DNA from: an uncultured delta proteobacterium | GTDB taxonomy: Bacteria; Desulfobacterota; RBG-13-43-22 | Assembly: GCA_963711835.1 (NCBI GenBank) | Contig: CAVQFQ010000005.1 | Location: forward strand, 64,001-128,000 | Reading direction: 5' to 3' | DNA length: 64,000 nucleotides | Shown here: positions 31,405 through 42,147 of the stretch, piece after piece | How the letters are laid out: every line of letters starts with the position of its first letter | Position numbering within the stretch: position 1 is the first letter of the stretch | The notes under the pieces: model-generated | What the model saw: only the letters and a program-made list of their open reading frames with translations | What the model was told of the DNA's origin: nothing | Databases searched by the model: none | Translations under genes and position numbers: made by a program

Positions 31405-32340
31405 TTACCCTTCAAGGGAGTTGCCTTGATCGCATCCGGGTAAACAGTTCGGACGATCTAAGGGACAACACTGTTCAGCCGGGTCCCGTTCGATCTGAAT
31501 GGTTGCATGATCAATCCCGAATTGTTCATGCAGGGTACGCTGGATGGCCGGCGTCAAATCCTGATCGGCCGGATCGCCGGGCACTACCAGATGAACGGTC
31601 AGGGCCGTCTCCGTTACGCTGAGCGGCCAGACATGCAGATCATGGATTTTCGTGCCGCTTCTCAACCCGGTCAAGTAATCCCGGATGCCGGACATATCAA
31701 CCCCCCTGGGAACGGCGTCGAGAGAAAGATTAATGGAATCCCGCAGCAATCCCCAGGTTCCGGCCAGAATGACGATAATAATGGCCAGGCTGATCAACGG
31801 GTCCAGCCAGACCCAGCCGGTTATCAGGATGGCCGCACCGATCCCGACCACGCCGAGCGAAACCCCGGCATCGGCGGCCAGGTGGAGGAAGGCCGCCTTG
31901 ATATTCAGGTCCTGCTTCTGACCGGAGAAAAAAAGCAAGGCGCTCAAGGAATTGATCACCACGCCTACTCCCGCAACCAGGATGATGATCCCGCCCTCGG
32001 CCGGTTGCGGGTTGTAAAATCTCCGGATCGCTTCCCAGCCGATTCCGCCCATGGCGGCCAGCAGCAGAACGGAGCTGACCACCGGGGCCAGAATGGTCAC
32101 CCTTCGAAAACCATAGGTCCTGGCCGGCGACGGACCTCTGGCGGCCAGCCAGCCGGCGCCCCAGGCCAGGAGCAGGCTTAAGACATCGCTCAGGTTATGG
32201 CCGGCGTCGGCCAGCAGCGCCAGTGACCCCCTCAGTATCCCATACCCCGCTTCAATCGTCACAAAAACAACATTCAGCAGGATCGCCGCCGCAAAGGCCC
32301 GGTTATAATTTAGATTTTTTTGTGTATGATTGTGAGCCAT
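31405..32340 (-). CDS. Cation diffusion facilitator (ZitB/CzcD-like)
   Basis: ALLADAGHNLSD, TYGFRR, AFLHLAADA, HDLHVW. Confidence 0.92.
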   Translation of the reverse strand: MAHNHTQKNLNYNRAFAAAILLNVVFVTIEAGYGILRGSLALLADAGHNLSDVLSLLLAWGAGWLAARGPSPARTYGFRRVTILAPVVSSVLLLAAMGGIGWEAIRRFYNPQPAEGGIIILVAGVGVVINSLSALLFFSGQKQDLNIKAAFLHLAADAGVSLGVVGIGAAILITGWVWLDPLISLAIIIVILAGTWGLLRDSINLSLDAVPRGVDMSGIRDYLTGLRSGTKIHDLHVWPLSVTETALTVHLVVPGDPADQDLTPAIQRTLHEQFGIDHATIQIERDPAEQCCPLDRPNCLPGCDQGNSLEG

Positions 32341-32394
32341 CCCTCGGGGTCAAAGTGTTACGGTTTTCTATACAAGGTATAGAAAAAATCCTTT

Positions 32395-35093
32395 TTAGTC
32401 AAACAGGGATGAAGTCTTTTTAAACCGACGCTTAAAAAATTTTTCAATTTCCACGGCCCAAAAAACCGTACTGGAAAGACCAAACACCAGGAACAACTCC
32501 CCGGCGGTCAGCGGTTCGGTTTTAAACACGGGGTTCAGGGCCGGGATATAAATGGTCGCCATCTGGAGCAGTATGCGTCAGCAGGACGCTGGCCAACAGC
32601 GGTTTATTGGAAAAAAGACCTTGCTTAAAAAGTGACTCCCGTTCCGACCGGATAGCCATCACATGGCCGAGTTGGAGAAGACAGAGCGTGGTAAAGACCA
32701 TGGTTTGCCAATGGGTATCGCCCTGGTGGATGGCCCCGGCCTGCAGTCCGAGAACCACCCCGGCCATGAGGAGCCCGACCCAGATGGCATGAACGCCCAA
32801 TCCCTGGGCGAAGATGCTCTCCCGGGGGTTCCGCGGCGGCCTGTTCATCACGTCCTTCTCAGCCTTTTCAGCCGAAAGGGCCAGGGCCGGCAGACCATCG
32901 GTCACGAGATTAACCCAGAGGATGTGAATAGGCAGCAAGGGGATCGGTAACCCCAGAAATGGGGCCAGAAAGAGGGTCCAGATTTCCCCGGAATTCGTGG
33001 TCAGGAGATAGCGGATGAACTTGCGAATATTGTCATAGATCTTGCGTCCTTCCCGCACGGCCTTGACGATGGTGGCGAAGTTATCGTCCATCAGGATCAT
33101 ATGGGAGGCCTCTTTGGACACATCGGTGCCGGTTATGCCCATGGCAATACCGATATCCGCCCGCTTCAGCGCCGGCGCGTCGTTGACCCCGTCCCCGGTC
33201 ATGGCCACGAATTGCCCTTTATCCTGCAGGGCCTTGACGATCTTCAGCTTCTGCTCCGGCGCGACCCGGGCGTAAACCTGTATCTTCTCTACCCGGTTTT
33301 CAAATTCCTCCAGAGAAAGCTGATCGAGTTCCCGACCGGTCAACACGGCTTTCCCGTCCCCCTCGAGGATCCCGATCCGTTTGGCGATTACCCGGGCCGT
33401 CAGCGGGTGGTCCCCGGTGATCATCACCGGCCGGATGCCGGCGGACCGGCACATGGCCACGGCCTCTCCCGCCTCCGGCCGCGGCGGATCCATCATCCCG
33501 ACGATCCCGATTAGAGTGAGTCCCGTTTCGACTCCTTCCGAGATCAACGGGTCCGGAATTTCGTCCCAGATCCGCAGGCCGAACCCCAGGGCCCGCAGGC
33601 CGTCTCCGGCAATCCGGTCGGCGATCTTCAGGATCTGCGGCCGATCGAGATCCTCCGGACCCCGACTGGTGATCGCCTTTTCGGAGCGCTCTACTATTTC
33701 CTCCACCGCCCCTTTGGTGAAGGAAATCACCCGGCCGTTTTCCCAGGGATGGAAGGTGGTCATCAACTTCCGGTCCGAATCGAAAGGGATCTCGGCCAGC
33801 CGAGGGAATTTTTCATCGAGTTTTTCCCTGAGCAAGCCCTTTTCCCGGGCCAGGTTGAACAGGGCCACCTCGGTCGGATCGCCTATGACTTTCCCGGAGG
33901 TATCCAATCGGGCGTCATTGGAGAGGGCCAGGGCCGTAAGCAGCATCCCCAGGGGGTTCCTGCCTGAAAGAGGCACCTCCGCGCTTTCAGGGCCGGCCGT
34001 CGGAAGTTCTTCGGACCGGAACAGACGGCCGTCGGCATAAATTTCTTCCACGGTCATCCGGTTTAAGGTCAGGGTTCCGGTCTTGTCGGAGCAGATATAG
34101 GTAACCGAGCCCAGGGTCTCGACCGCCGGCAGTTTCCTGATCAAAGCCTGTTGTTTGACCAGCTTTTTAGCCCCCAGGGCCAGGGAGATGGTAATGACCG
34201 CCGGCAGGGCCTCAGGGATGGCCGCCACCGCCAGAGAGATGGCCGTGAGCAGCATTAAAAGGGGCGGCTCGCCCCGGAGGAGGCCGGCGATAAAGACGAT
34301 GGCGCAGATGGCCAGAACCGCGTAGGCCAGCTTCTTACCGAAGGAAGTGAGCCGCTTCTGGAGCGGCGTCTTCCCCTCTTCCTGGGCCTGGAGCAGGGTG
34401 GCGATCCGGCCGAGTTCGGTTCGCATTCCGGTGGCCGTCACCAGGCCCTGGCCTCGGCCGTAAGTGACCAAGGTCCCTTTATAGGCCATGTTTCTCCGGT
34501 CCCCGATGGGCAGGTCCTCTTCCCTCAGCGACGTGGTTTCCTTCTCCACCGGCAGGGACTCGCCGGTCAAAGCCGCCTCTTCGGTCCGGAGCTGTATCGC
34601 TTCGATCAGCCGTATATCTGCCGGCACCACCTGGCCGGCCTCCAGGATAACCAGGTCTCCGGGAACGAGCCGGTCTGCGGTGATCTTCTCGGGCCGCCCG
34701 CCTCGAATAACGGTCGCCGAAGGGGCGGCCATCTTTTTCAGGGCGGCCATAGCCTTTTCGGCGCGGTATTCCTGAACGAACCCGAGTACGGCGTTCAGCA
34801 GCACGATAACGGCAATGGCGATGGTATCCGAAGGCTCGCCGATTATTCCGGCCACCACCGCAGCGGCGATCAAGACCAGGATCATGAAATCCTTGAACTG
34901 ATCCAGGAACATCATCCACAGCGATTTGCGTTTCTTCTCGATCAGTTCGTTGGGACCGAAGCGCTCCAGCCTGCTTCCGAACTTCCTCCTGAGTGAGACC
35001 GGTGCTTGCAGATTTAAGCCGATCCCTGACCTCGTCCGAATTAAGCTGATGCCAAACGGAATGGACTCTATTTTCTTCGGTCATTAAATCCAT
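32395..35093 (-). CDS. P-type IIA cation (Ca2+-like) ATPase, frameshifts near 34968 and 32577
   Basis: [32 protein letters not shown]; both termini continue in shifted frames. Confidence 0.92.
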
Positions 35094-35115
35094 TGAATTC
35101 TTTCTCACTTTTAGG

Positions 35116-35149
35116 AAAAAAAAGGGCTAACCGATACGGCTAACCCTTT
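35116..35149 (-). terminator. Intrinsic terminator after tRNA-Pro
   Basis: Minus strand AAAGGGTTAGCCG-TAT-CGGTTAGCCCTTT followed by a T run. Confidence 0.7.
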
Positions 35150-35158
35150 ATTTTTTAC

Positions 35159-35235
35159 TGGTCGGGACGACTGGATTTGAACCAGCGACCCCCTGAACCC
35201 CATTCAGGTGCGCTACCAAACTGCGCTACGTCCCG
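35159..35235 (-). tRNA. tRNA-Pro(GGG)
   Basis: CGGGACGTAGCGCAGTTTGGTAGCGCACCTGAATGGGGTTCAGGGGGTCGCTGGTTCAAATCCAGTCGTCCCGACCA; cloverleaf with encoded CCA. Confidence 0.96.
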
Positions 35236-35318
35236 TTAATCGAATAGTTACCATTTCCAACAGATTCTGTCAAGGATTCGATGGAATTTTTCTTATCATT
35301 GAAGATGGATTTAAGCGA

Positions 35319-36215
35319 TTATCCGGTGAGGATGCGCAGAGCCTCCTCATACTTGGCTTTGGTTTTGGCGATGATTTCCTGGGGCAATGAGGGAGCCGGC
35401 GGCTTTTTATCCCAGTGCAGGGACTCCAGATAGTCCCGCAAGAACTGCTTGTCGAAGCTCATTTGTGGGCCACCGGGTTTGTACTGGGCCTTGGGCCAGA
35501 AGCGGGAAGAATCCGGGGTCAGGACCTCGTCGATTAGGATCACCTTGCCGTTTAAAGCCCCGAATTCAAATTTGGTATCGGCAATGATGATCCCCTTTTC
35601 TTCGCCCAGCGAGCGGGCCTTTTCATAGATAGCCAGGCTGCTGTTGGCCAGATAATGGGCCAGATCCGCTCCCAGGATTTTTACCGCAGCCTTCAGGGTG
35701 ACGTTTTCATCATGGGTTCCCAGTTCCGCTTTGGTCGAGGGTGTAAAGATGGGCTCAACCAGACGGTCGGACTCCTTCAAGCCGGACGGCAATTTGATTC
35801 CGCAGATTTCCCCGGTCTCCTGATAATCCTTCCAGCCCGATCCTGATAGATAACCGCGCACGATGCATTCCACCGGCAGGGGTTTGGTCTTTTTGACCAG
35901 CATGGTGCGGTCCTTGAGGTCTTCTTCGTAGAGCCAACATTCCTTGGGAAAATCCTTGACCTCGGTAGAAACAAGATGGTTGGGAATCAGGGGTTCCATA
36001 ACCTTAAACCAAAATTTGGAAATCCGGGTTAGCAGGATACCCTTTCCGGGGATCGGATTAGGCATGATCACATCGAAGGCTGAAATCCGGTCGCTGGCGA
36101 CGATCAAAAGATTCTCCCCCAGGTCGTAAATATCCCTAACCTTGCCTCGGTTGAACAACTTCAATTTCGGGAAGTTGGTCTCCATCAGTCCTTTCCGCTG
36201 CCATAATCCCTCCAT
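35319..36215 (-). CDS. purC: SAICAR synthetase
   Basis: [37 protein letters not shown]. Confidence 0.96.
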   Translation of the reverse strand: MEGLWQRKGLMETNFPKLKLFNRGKVRDIYDLGENLLIVASDRISAFDVIMPNPIPGKGILLTRISKFWFKVMEPLIPNHLVSTEVKDFPKECWLYEEDLKDRTMLVKKTKPLPVECIVRGYLSGSGWKDYQETGEICGIKLPSGLKESDRLVEPIFTPSTKAELGTHDENVTLKAAVKILGADLAHYLANSSLAIYEKARSLGEEKGIIIADTKFEFGALNGKVILIDEVLTPDSSRFWPKAQYKPGGPQMSFDKQFLRDYLESLHWDKKPPAPSLPQEIIAKTKAKYEEALRILTG

Positions 36216-36229
36216 CTAAAGACGCTTTC

Positions 36230-36395
36230 TCACCGCCCGCTCGTCACGCCCATGGCGTGACGAGCTCAAGACGCAAAGACCCCCAAGAGAGATATTTTTC
36301 CTTTGCCTGTGCTTGACAGGCAAAGGGGAAAGAAGCTCGTTTTGCTTTCCGCCCTCTCAGCGGAAAACAAAGACTACTCCTCTTTGCGTCCTTCG
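36230..36395. repeat. TCACCGC...GCGGTGA palindromic repeat (left part; right end continues at 38387..38400)
   Basis: TCACCGC and GACGCAAAGA pair with TCTTTGCGTC and GCGGTGA once the intron is removed; internal hairpins. Confidence 0.65.
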
Positions 36396-38386
36396 GTTGG
36401 AGTAGGAATCAGGGTTGCCCCTGACCCCCTCCACAGATCCCAGCGTGCGGGACTACCGCACTGGGCTCCTACCTTGGGTAATGACGTACCGGCCCAAGTC
36501 GGGATAAGGATGATAGATTCGCGGACGGGGTAACCATCGGGATATGAATCGGTTCATACGCTCCCAGTTCAGGCGGTGTCGTTGGCTTCGTCTCTGGAGC
36601 GTTTTGTACCACAGATGACTGACATGATACCTAAAGGCCTCCATTTTATCGCTGTTCCCCGGTACACCATAGTACCGGTAGTGGCCCAGCAGTACCACTC
36701 GAAGCCATTGCCCGACCTCCGGTATGGGGTCGTGAAGCCTTCGTCTGAGTTCCTCCTTCAACTGCCTTCAGCTTTCCTCGGATTCGTTTCCCCATACTTC
36801 GGCGGTTCACGACAAACTTACCGTTTCGGGTCCGTCCGCAGCTATGGGTGAACCCCAGAAAATCAAAGGTCTCCGGCTTCCCTTGGCCCCGCTTGGCCCG
36901 GTTTTCCGCCGCAAACCGCCCAAACTCCAGAAGGCGGGTCTTGTCGGCGTTCAGTTCCAGTCCAAATCGGTGAAAACGTTCTCGCAGCGCTTCCAGAAAC
37001 CGGATGGCCTCTTCCCGATACTGAAAGCCAATAATGAAGTCGTCGGCAAATCGCACGATGATCATCTCCCCGTGGGCTTGCTTTCGTCTCCATTGGTCGG
37101 CCCAAAGATCCAGCACATAGTGCAGGTAGATGTTGGCCAGCAGAGGGCTGATACTCCCCCCTTGCGGCACTCCTTCTTCCGGCAGGGATTTCTTCCCCTC
37201 TTCCATTACACCGGCCTGCAACCACTTCCGTATGTGCCGGATTACCCGTTTGTCCGCTATCCGGTGCTCGACGAACTTCACCAGCCATTCGTGGTCGATG
37301 GAGTCAAAATAACCCCGAATGTCGGCGTCCAGCACCCAGCTTACCTTTCTCGTCATGATCCCGGCCATCAGGGCGTTCAGCGCCTCATGGGGACTGCGCC
37401 CCGGTCGGAATCCATACGAGAAGCCGAGGAAATCCGTTTCGTAGATGCCGTTCAATACCTCCACCAGTGCCCGCTGGACGATCTTGTCCTCCAGGACCGT
37501 CACCCCCAGCGGCCGCTGTCTTCCCATCCGGTTTCGGTATGTAGGCCCTACGAACCGGCTTGGCTCGGTACGCTCCGCGTTTCAGCCGTTCGGAGAGATC
37601 TCTGGAGGTTCTTCTCCCGATCTTCCCCGTAGTGCCGCCACGTCTCCCCGTCTATCCCCGGTGCGGCTTCCCGTTTCAGTTCCCAAGTAGGCCTCCCGGA
37701 GTCGGTCCAGGTCATAGACATGGTGCCAGAGCGCGGTAAACTGCATCCTTCCTATCCCGGCAGGCAGCCTGCCGTATCCGTTCCACCGCACTGGGCAAGC
37801 CATTCAGTTCGAGTTGGTCTTCCTTCCGGATCAATGGTCCTTCAGTGATTCCCATCCCGTCCTCTTCTCCGGCCCTGGGTCCGGTGCTTGTTTTGGTGGA
37901 ACGTCTTCCCCTTGGTCAGGCCCCTTCCCTCCACCTCCTCCGCCAGTCGGATTCTCACCGACTCTTGTTCGGAGGCTTCTCCGGTACCTATGGGCCTGTC
38001 CGACTTCCCCGGTTCGTTCATCGCTGTCGTGTCCCCTTGGGGTTCACAGCGCGTCCCCTGGTTCCATCTCCCAAGGGCAAACCAGGGATCTCCCGGTTCC
38101 CGTGCAGAAAGCTTCCAGACGTGCGCAGGGTCTCCGACCACGCGGGGCCAATACACTTCTCGCCTTAGCGAAGTGCATCGTGTTGCCTTCCGTGCACGTC
38201 GACGCCGTCGGCACCCCGATCTTGAGCCACCTTTCGCGGCTCAATACCTGGCCCGCCTTTTCCCCTGTCAACGCTTCGCCTATGCCCTTACGGACATCTG
38301 CGCATGACTCGGGGCCGATGTGGCTGGCTATGCCTTCATCGTATGGAACTTTCATCCACTACTTTCTGCCGGTCTCCCGGCGCAAC
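36396..38386 (-). mobile_element. Group II intron (En-minus; 5' boundary +/-1 nt)
   Basis: 5' end (G)TTGCGCC; domain V GAGCCCAGTGCGGTAGTCCCGCACGCTGGGATC; domain VI with bulged A ending CTCCAAC; RT ORF inside. Confidence 0.92.
36453..38021 (-). CDS. ltrA: Group II intron RT/maturase (several frameshifts)
   Basis: SYGFRPGRS, VLDADI, PQGGSISPLLANIYLH, RFADD, FDFLGF, maturase GHYRYYGVPGN. Confidence 0.9.
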
Positions 38387-38482
38387 CGTCTCTGCGGTGA
38401 AAAAAATGCCTTCGCTTTATTAGTTCCCTCAGCACTTGAACTTTACCATTTTCTTGACCGAATAATCCGGGTGCCTCTTGAA

Positions 38483-39178
38483 TCAGGTAACAACCTCTTC
38501 CTGATAGAAATCGGAAAAGCTCCCAGCCCCGGCCTGTTCGAACTCGCGAATCCAGCTTTGGACCCTCTCTTTGCCGTAGGCCTTTTCCCAACCGGCGATA
38601 ATGATGTCCACAGGGATGTCGGCATAGGTTCCAGAGAACCCCACATACTCCATAAATTTCCTGTTTTCAAGATTAAAGGGTTGGAAGATGGAATCCTCCA
38701 GACCGTTGAATTCCAGGGGTTGCACCTTGTGTCGTTCACACAACTCCTTATTAAAGGCCGGGGTGGCCTTGACCCATATCCCATTCAGATAAAAGTCCAC
38801 ATAGCCATGATAGACAAACAGGTCCGAGGCCATCCTTTCCTGCAATTGACGGGTAAGCAAATGATTGCGGACCGTTGCGAAACCCACCCTGGAGGGAATT
38901 TCCAGGGCCCGTCCCAGGGCGCAAAGCAGGGAAGCTTTGCAGACACAATAACCCTGCCCGCTCTTGAGGACATTGCTGGCCCGGTAATGCTCCGGGAGGT
39001 AAAAGGGATAATAAGGGGTGTAGCGGATGCCGTCCCGGACGGCATAATAGATCTTCACTGCTTTCTCAACAGGGTCCAGGCTATGGTCGGCTGCTTTCCT
39101 GGCATAAGCAATTATGCTGGGATGGTCGCTGTCGATAATTGAGGTGGGCTCAAGATAAGCCGGGTCTATGGTATTCAT
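38483..39178 (-). CDS. Transglutaminase-like protein
   Basis: GYCVCKA, HGY, WVKATPAF. Confidence 0.85.
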   Translation of the reverse strand: MNTIDPAYLEPTSIIDSDHPSIIAYARKAADHSLDPVEKAVKIYYAVRDGIRYTPYYPFYLPEHYRASNVLKSGQGYCVCKASLLCALGRALEIPSRVGFATVRNHLLTRQLQERMASDLFVYHGYVDFYLNGIWVKATPAFNKELCERHKVQPLEFNGLEDSIFQPFNLENRKFMEYVGFSGTYADIPVDIIIAGWEKAYGKERVQSWIREFEQAGAGSFSDFYQEEVVT

Positions 39179-39232
39179 TCCTGTTTTATCCTTAACGGCG
39201 TTGGTCTGGGTCGGTGGCTAAAATAGGGAAAT

Positions 39233-40324
39233 TTAATCTCCGAAGCCGATGCCGATGGCCCGGGCGGTTTTGACCCAGGGAGAGTCCAATGGGACGAAGC
39301 GGGTTTTTCCTCCTACGGTCTCCAGAGGAACCGATGTGATCTGGTTGCCCTTAAGGGCTACCATGCGGCCATATTTTTTTTGGGCTGCCATTCTGACGGC
39401 AACCACCCCCAATCGGGTGGCAAAATTCCGGTCAAAGGCGGTCGGGGTGCCGCCCCGTTGCAGATGTCCCAGGACCGACACCCGGCTTTCAATGCCGGTT
39501 TTTCCCTCGATCCGTTCGGTCAACCAGTTCCCGATCCCCCCCAGGCGAATGGGATCCGGACTGCCTAATATCCTTTTTTTGACCATGGCCTTTCTGCCTT
39601 TTGCCCGGGCCCCTTCGGCCACGACGATGATGCTGAAGCGGTGGCCGACCTGAGTCCGCCTATTAACCTGACGGACTATCCGGGAAAGATCAAAAGGAAT
39701 TTCCGGGATTAAAATCACATCGCCCCCGGAGGCCAAACCGGCCATTAAGGCCAGCCAGCCGGCGTAGCGTCCCATGGTTTCCACCACCATGATCCGGTGA
39801 TGGGATTGGGCGGTGGAATGGATCTTGTCGATGGCTTCGGCGGCGTTGGCCACGGCGGTATCAAAACCGAAAGAGAGATCGGTGCCCATCAAATCGTTGT
39901 CAATGGTCTTGGGAATGCCGATCAGGGGCAGTCCTTGGTCCACTAATTTGGAAGCAATGGCCAGGGTGCCGTCCCCGCCGGCGCAGAGCAAGGCATCCAA
40001 TTTAAGCCTTTCGAAATTCCGGATCACCTCCGCCGAGTAATCTCTTGGATTTTCTTTCGGCTGATTCGGATCCGAAAAATGAAAAGGATCGGTCCGGTTG
40101 GAGGTCCCCAGGATGGTCCCTCCCTGATCCAAAATTCCGGCCACATCTTCACCGGACAAGGGGCGGGTTTTATTGAGCAGAAGGCCAAGGAAGCCATCCT
40201 GGATGCCGATTACCTCCAGGCCGTAGCCAAGGATGGCCGTCCGGGTCACCGCCCGGATAAGGGCATTTAATCCGGGACAGTCGCCGCCGCCGGTCAGAAT
40301 TCCGATGCGTTTATTCAAAACCAT
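39233..40324 (-). CDS. pfkA: 6-phosphofructokinase (group III type)
   Basis: TGGGDCPGLN, GGDGT, PKTIDND, METMGR-like ETMGR, GHLQRGG. Confidence 0.93.
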   Translation of the reverse strand: MVLNKRIGILTGGGDCPGLNALIRAVTRTAILGYGLEVIGIQDGFLGLLLNKTRPLSGEDVAGILDQGGTILGTSNRTDPFHFSDPNQPKENPRDYSAEVIRNFERLKLDALLCAGGDGTLAIASKLVDQGLPLIGIPKTIDNDLMGTDLSFGFDTAVANAAEAIDKIHSTAQSHHRIMVVETMGRYAGWLALMAGLASGGDVILIPEIPFDLSRIVRQVNRRTQVGHRFSIIVVAEGARAKGRKAMVKKRILGSPDPIRLGGIGNWLTERIEGKTGIESRVSVLGHLQRGGTPTAFDRNFATRLGVVAVRMAAQKKYGRMVALKGNQITSVPLETVGGKTRFVPLDSPWVKTARAIGIGFGD

Positions 40325-40370
40325 GGAGGGAAGCCTTTTGCTGAAGGATCCTGAGTTGCCGGGCAGATCA

Positions 40371-40712
40371 TCAATCCCGGCCGAAGTCATCGGCCAGCCG
40401 CTCGATATCATCCTCTCCGAAATAGTCCCCGGTCTGGATCTCGATAAAAGCCAGGTCCTTTGAACCCGGATTTTGAATCCGGTGCAGAACCCCCTTCGGG
40501 ATATCGACGGCCTCCCCGGCCTTGAGGTCGAGTTGATCTTCATCCCGGGTGACCAGGGCCCGTCCAAAAAGGATATACCAATGTTCGGAACGCCTTTGAT
40601 GCCTCTGGAGGCTTAAACGTTTTCCCGGGTAAACGACGATTCTTTTTACCTTATGATCCGGTTCGTCCGATAGGACCTGATAGAAACCCCAGGGGCGGTG
40701 ATCTTCTTCCAT
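40371..40712 (-). CDS. Type II mannose-6-phosphate isomerase C-terminal cupin
   Basis: RPWG, LSLQRH.RRSEHW, GEDDIER. Confidence 0.9.
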   Translation of the reverse strand: MEEDHRPWGFYQVLSDEPDHKVKRIVVYPGKRLSLQRHQRRSEHWYILFGRALVTRDEDQLDLKAGEAVDIPKGVLHRIQNPGSKDLAFIEIQTGDYFGEDDIERLADDFGRD

Positions 40713-40785
40713 ATTTTTCTCCTTGAATACCTTATACCACCAGTCCCGGGGTTTTTCCAAATCAAAAAGGGAACGGGCACCCAAT

Positions 40786-40890
40786 AGATTCTTACATCTT
40801 TTAGTCTGAGAATTTATCTCTAACTTTCCAAAATAAGGTGTTGGGGGGACCCCCCAACACCATTTCTTCAAGATGTGAAAAAAATTTAAA
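40786..40890 (-). repeat. Nested element copy E: empty outer frame
   Basis: Minus strand GAAGAAAT-GGTGTTGGGGGG-T-CCCCCCAACACC-TTATTTTGGAAAGTTAGAGATAAATT; same flanks as copies C and D but no core. Confidence 0.8.
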
Positions 40891-40907
40891 ACATCTTTGT
40901 TTGGGCT

Positions 40908-41918
40908 TCAGGAATCGCTCTGAAAGGCCGCCATCGCCTCCTGGTAGATACGTTTAAGGTCCCGGCTGTATTTAGGGGAAAAATGGCAGGGAATGAGTTC
41001 CTTGACCCCTCCCTCCCGGCCCAGCCTTCCGGCCTGCCTGGCGGTTAGGTGATGTTTTTCTTCGGCTTTTGACGCGTCTTCCTCTAGGAAGGCCGCTTCG
41101 ATAAAAAGCCGGTCCGAGCCCTGAATCAGATTTTTGATGACGGGGTGGGTCGTTGGGTTTAATTGGGTGTCCACGACATAACTGATCTTTTGCCCGGGTG
41201 TGATCCGGACTACCTTTTTTCTCAACTCCCCCAGGGGAATGGTTCTTTCCCGCCTTCCCCCCTGCCCTGCTTCCGGAATCGGGATTGGAAATGCATCCTT
41301 CTCCCCTCTCCATAGGGCTTCCTTTAGGTCCCTTAACCAGGGCCCTTTGGGAAATCCCAATTTCACCAATTCCGGCTCCAGGATATTGATATGGAACCTC
41401 TCCTCCAGACTGAAGCCCAGACAAGGGATCTTATGGTCCAAAAAGGCGGCTTTAACCCTGAAGGAGTCCTCTTCATGGAGGGTTTCCTGAAAAAAAGGTT
41501 CTTCCTCGAGCCGCTCTCTTTTAAAAGCCCGGGAGGAGCGGAAAAGGGCTTTTCTGAGGAACCCGGGATGGACTTCGATGGTCAATAAATCCAAGGACGA
41601 GGGGAAATTTTCGATGAGATTCCAGGTATAGGCGGAGAGCCGGTTTTCCAACTGGTCGATGAAATGAGGCGGGCCGAAAAGGCGGAGCAGTTTCTCTCTC
41701 CCCAGACAGAGGCGCAGGAGACGATCAAACCCGATAAAATGATCCATGTGGGTGTGGCTGATAAAGATGTGGGAAAGGCGCAGGATTTTGCGGGGAGGCA
41801 CCGTCCCTATTTCACCAAGATCAAAGAGCACGGCCCTGCGGGCAAATTTCATATCAATATAAAGGGTGGGATCGCCCTCCGGCCCGTTTACCAGATAGGG
41901 ATGGAAAAGAGGATTCAT
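40908..41918 (-). CDS. RNase Z-like metallo-beta-lactamase
   Basis: SHTHMDH, LDH.IPCL, HLTA, HFSPKY. Confidence 0.85.
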   Translation of the reverse strand: MNPLFHPYLVNGPEGDPTLYIDMKFARRAVLFDLGEIGTVPPRKILRLSHIFISHTHMDHFIGFDRLLRLCLGREKLLRLFGPPHFIDQLENRLSAYTWNLIENFPSSLDLLTIEVHPGFLRKALFRSSRAFKRERLEEEPFFQETLHEEDSFRVKAAFLDHKIPCLGFSLEERFHINILEPELVKLGFPKGPWLRDLKEALWRGEKDAFPIPIPEAGQGGRRERTIPLGELRKKVVRITPGQKISYVVDTQLNPTTHPVIKNLIQGSDRLFIEAAFLEEDASKAEEKHHLTARQAGRLGREGGVKELIPCHFSPKYSRDLKRIYQEAMAAFQSDS

Positions 41919-42147
41919 GGCCATCCAGTATAAGGCATCCATCCGAATAATTCCAGATCCCAACGGTGAAATCATTTCGGCCCTTAGATGGTTATTGCAT
42001 TTAATCCCGGGAATCGAATATAATCAGTCCTCATCCGGAAACAATCCTTTCCGGATGAGAGGCCTCAGCCATCAGCACTAAATGGCCCCTTCCCCCCGGG
42101 CGGGGAAAGGGTGGGATGGGAGGAAACGGGAGAGGAGAACAACAACC

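Noticed and set aside
35159-35235. tRNA-Pro as the integration site of the 24-35 kb accessory region
   Set aside because: I found no duplicated tRNA 3' end and no phage-type integrase
36453-38021. RT as a retron, DGR or CRISPR-associated RT
   Set aside because: Domains V and VI and the maturase domain identify a group II intron; no array or TR/VR pair seen
36844-39142. Long plus-strand ORFs (262 aa and 442 aa)
   Set aside because: Antisense shadows of the intron and transglutaminase genes, with no recognisable motifs
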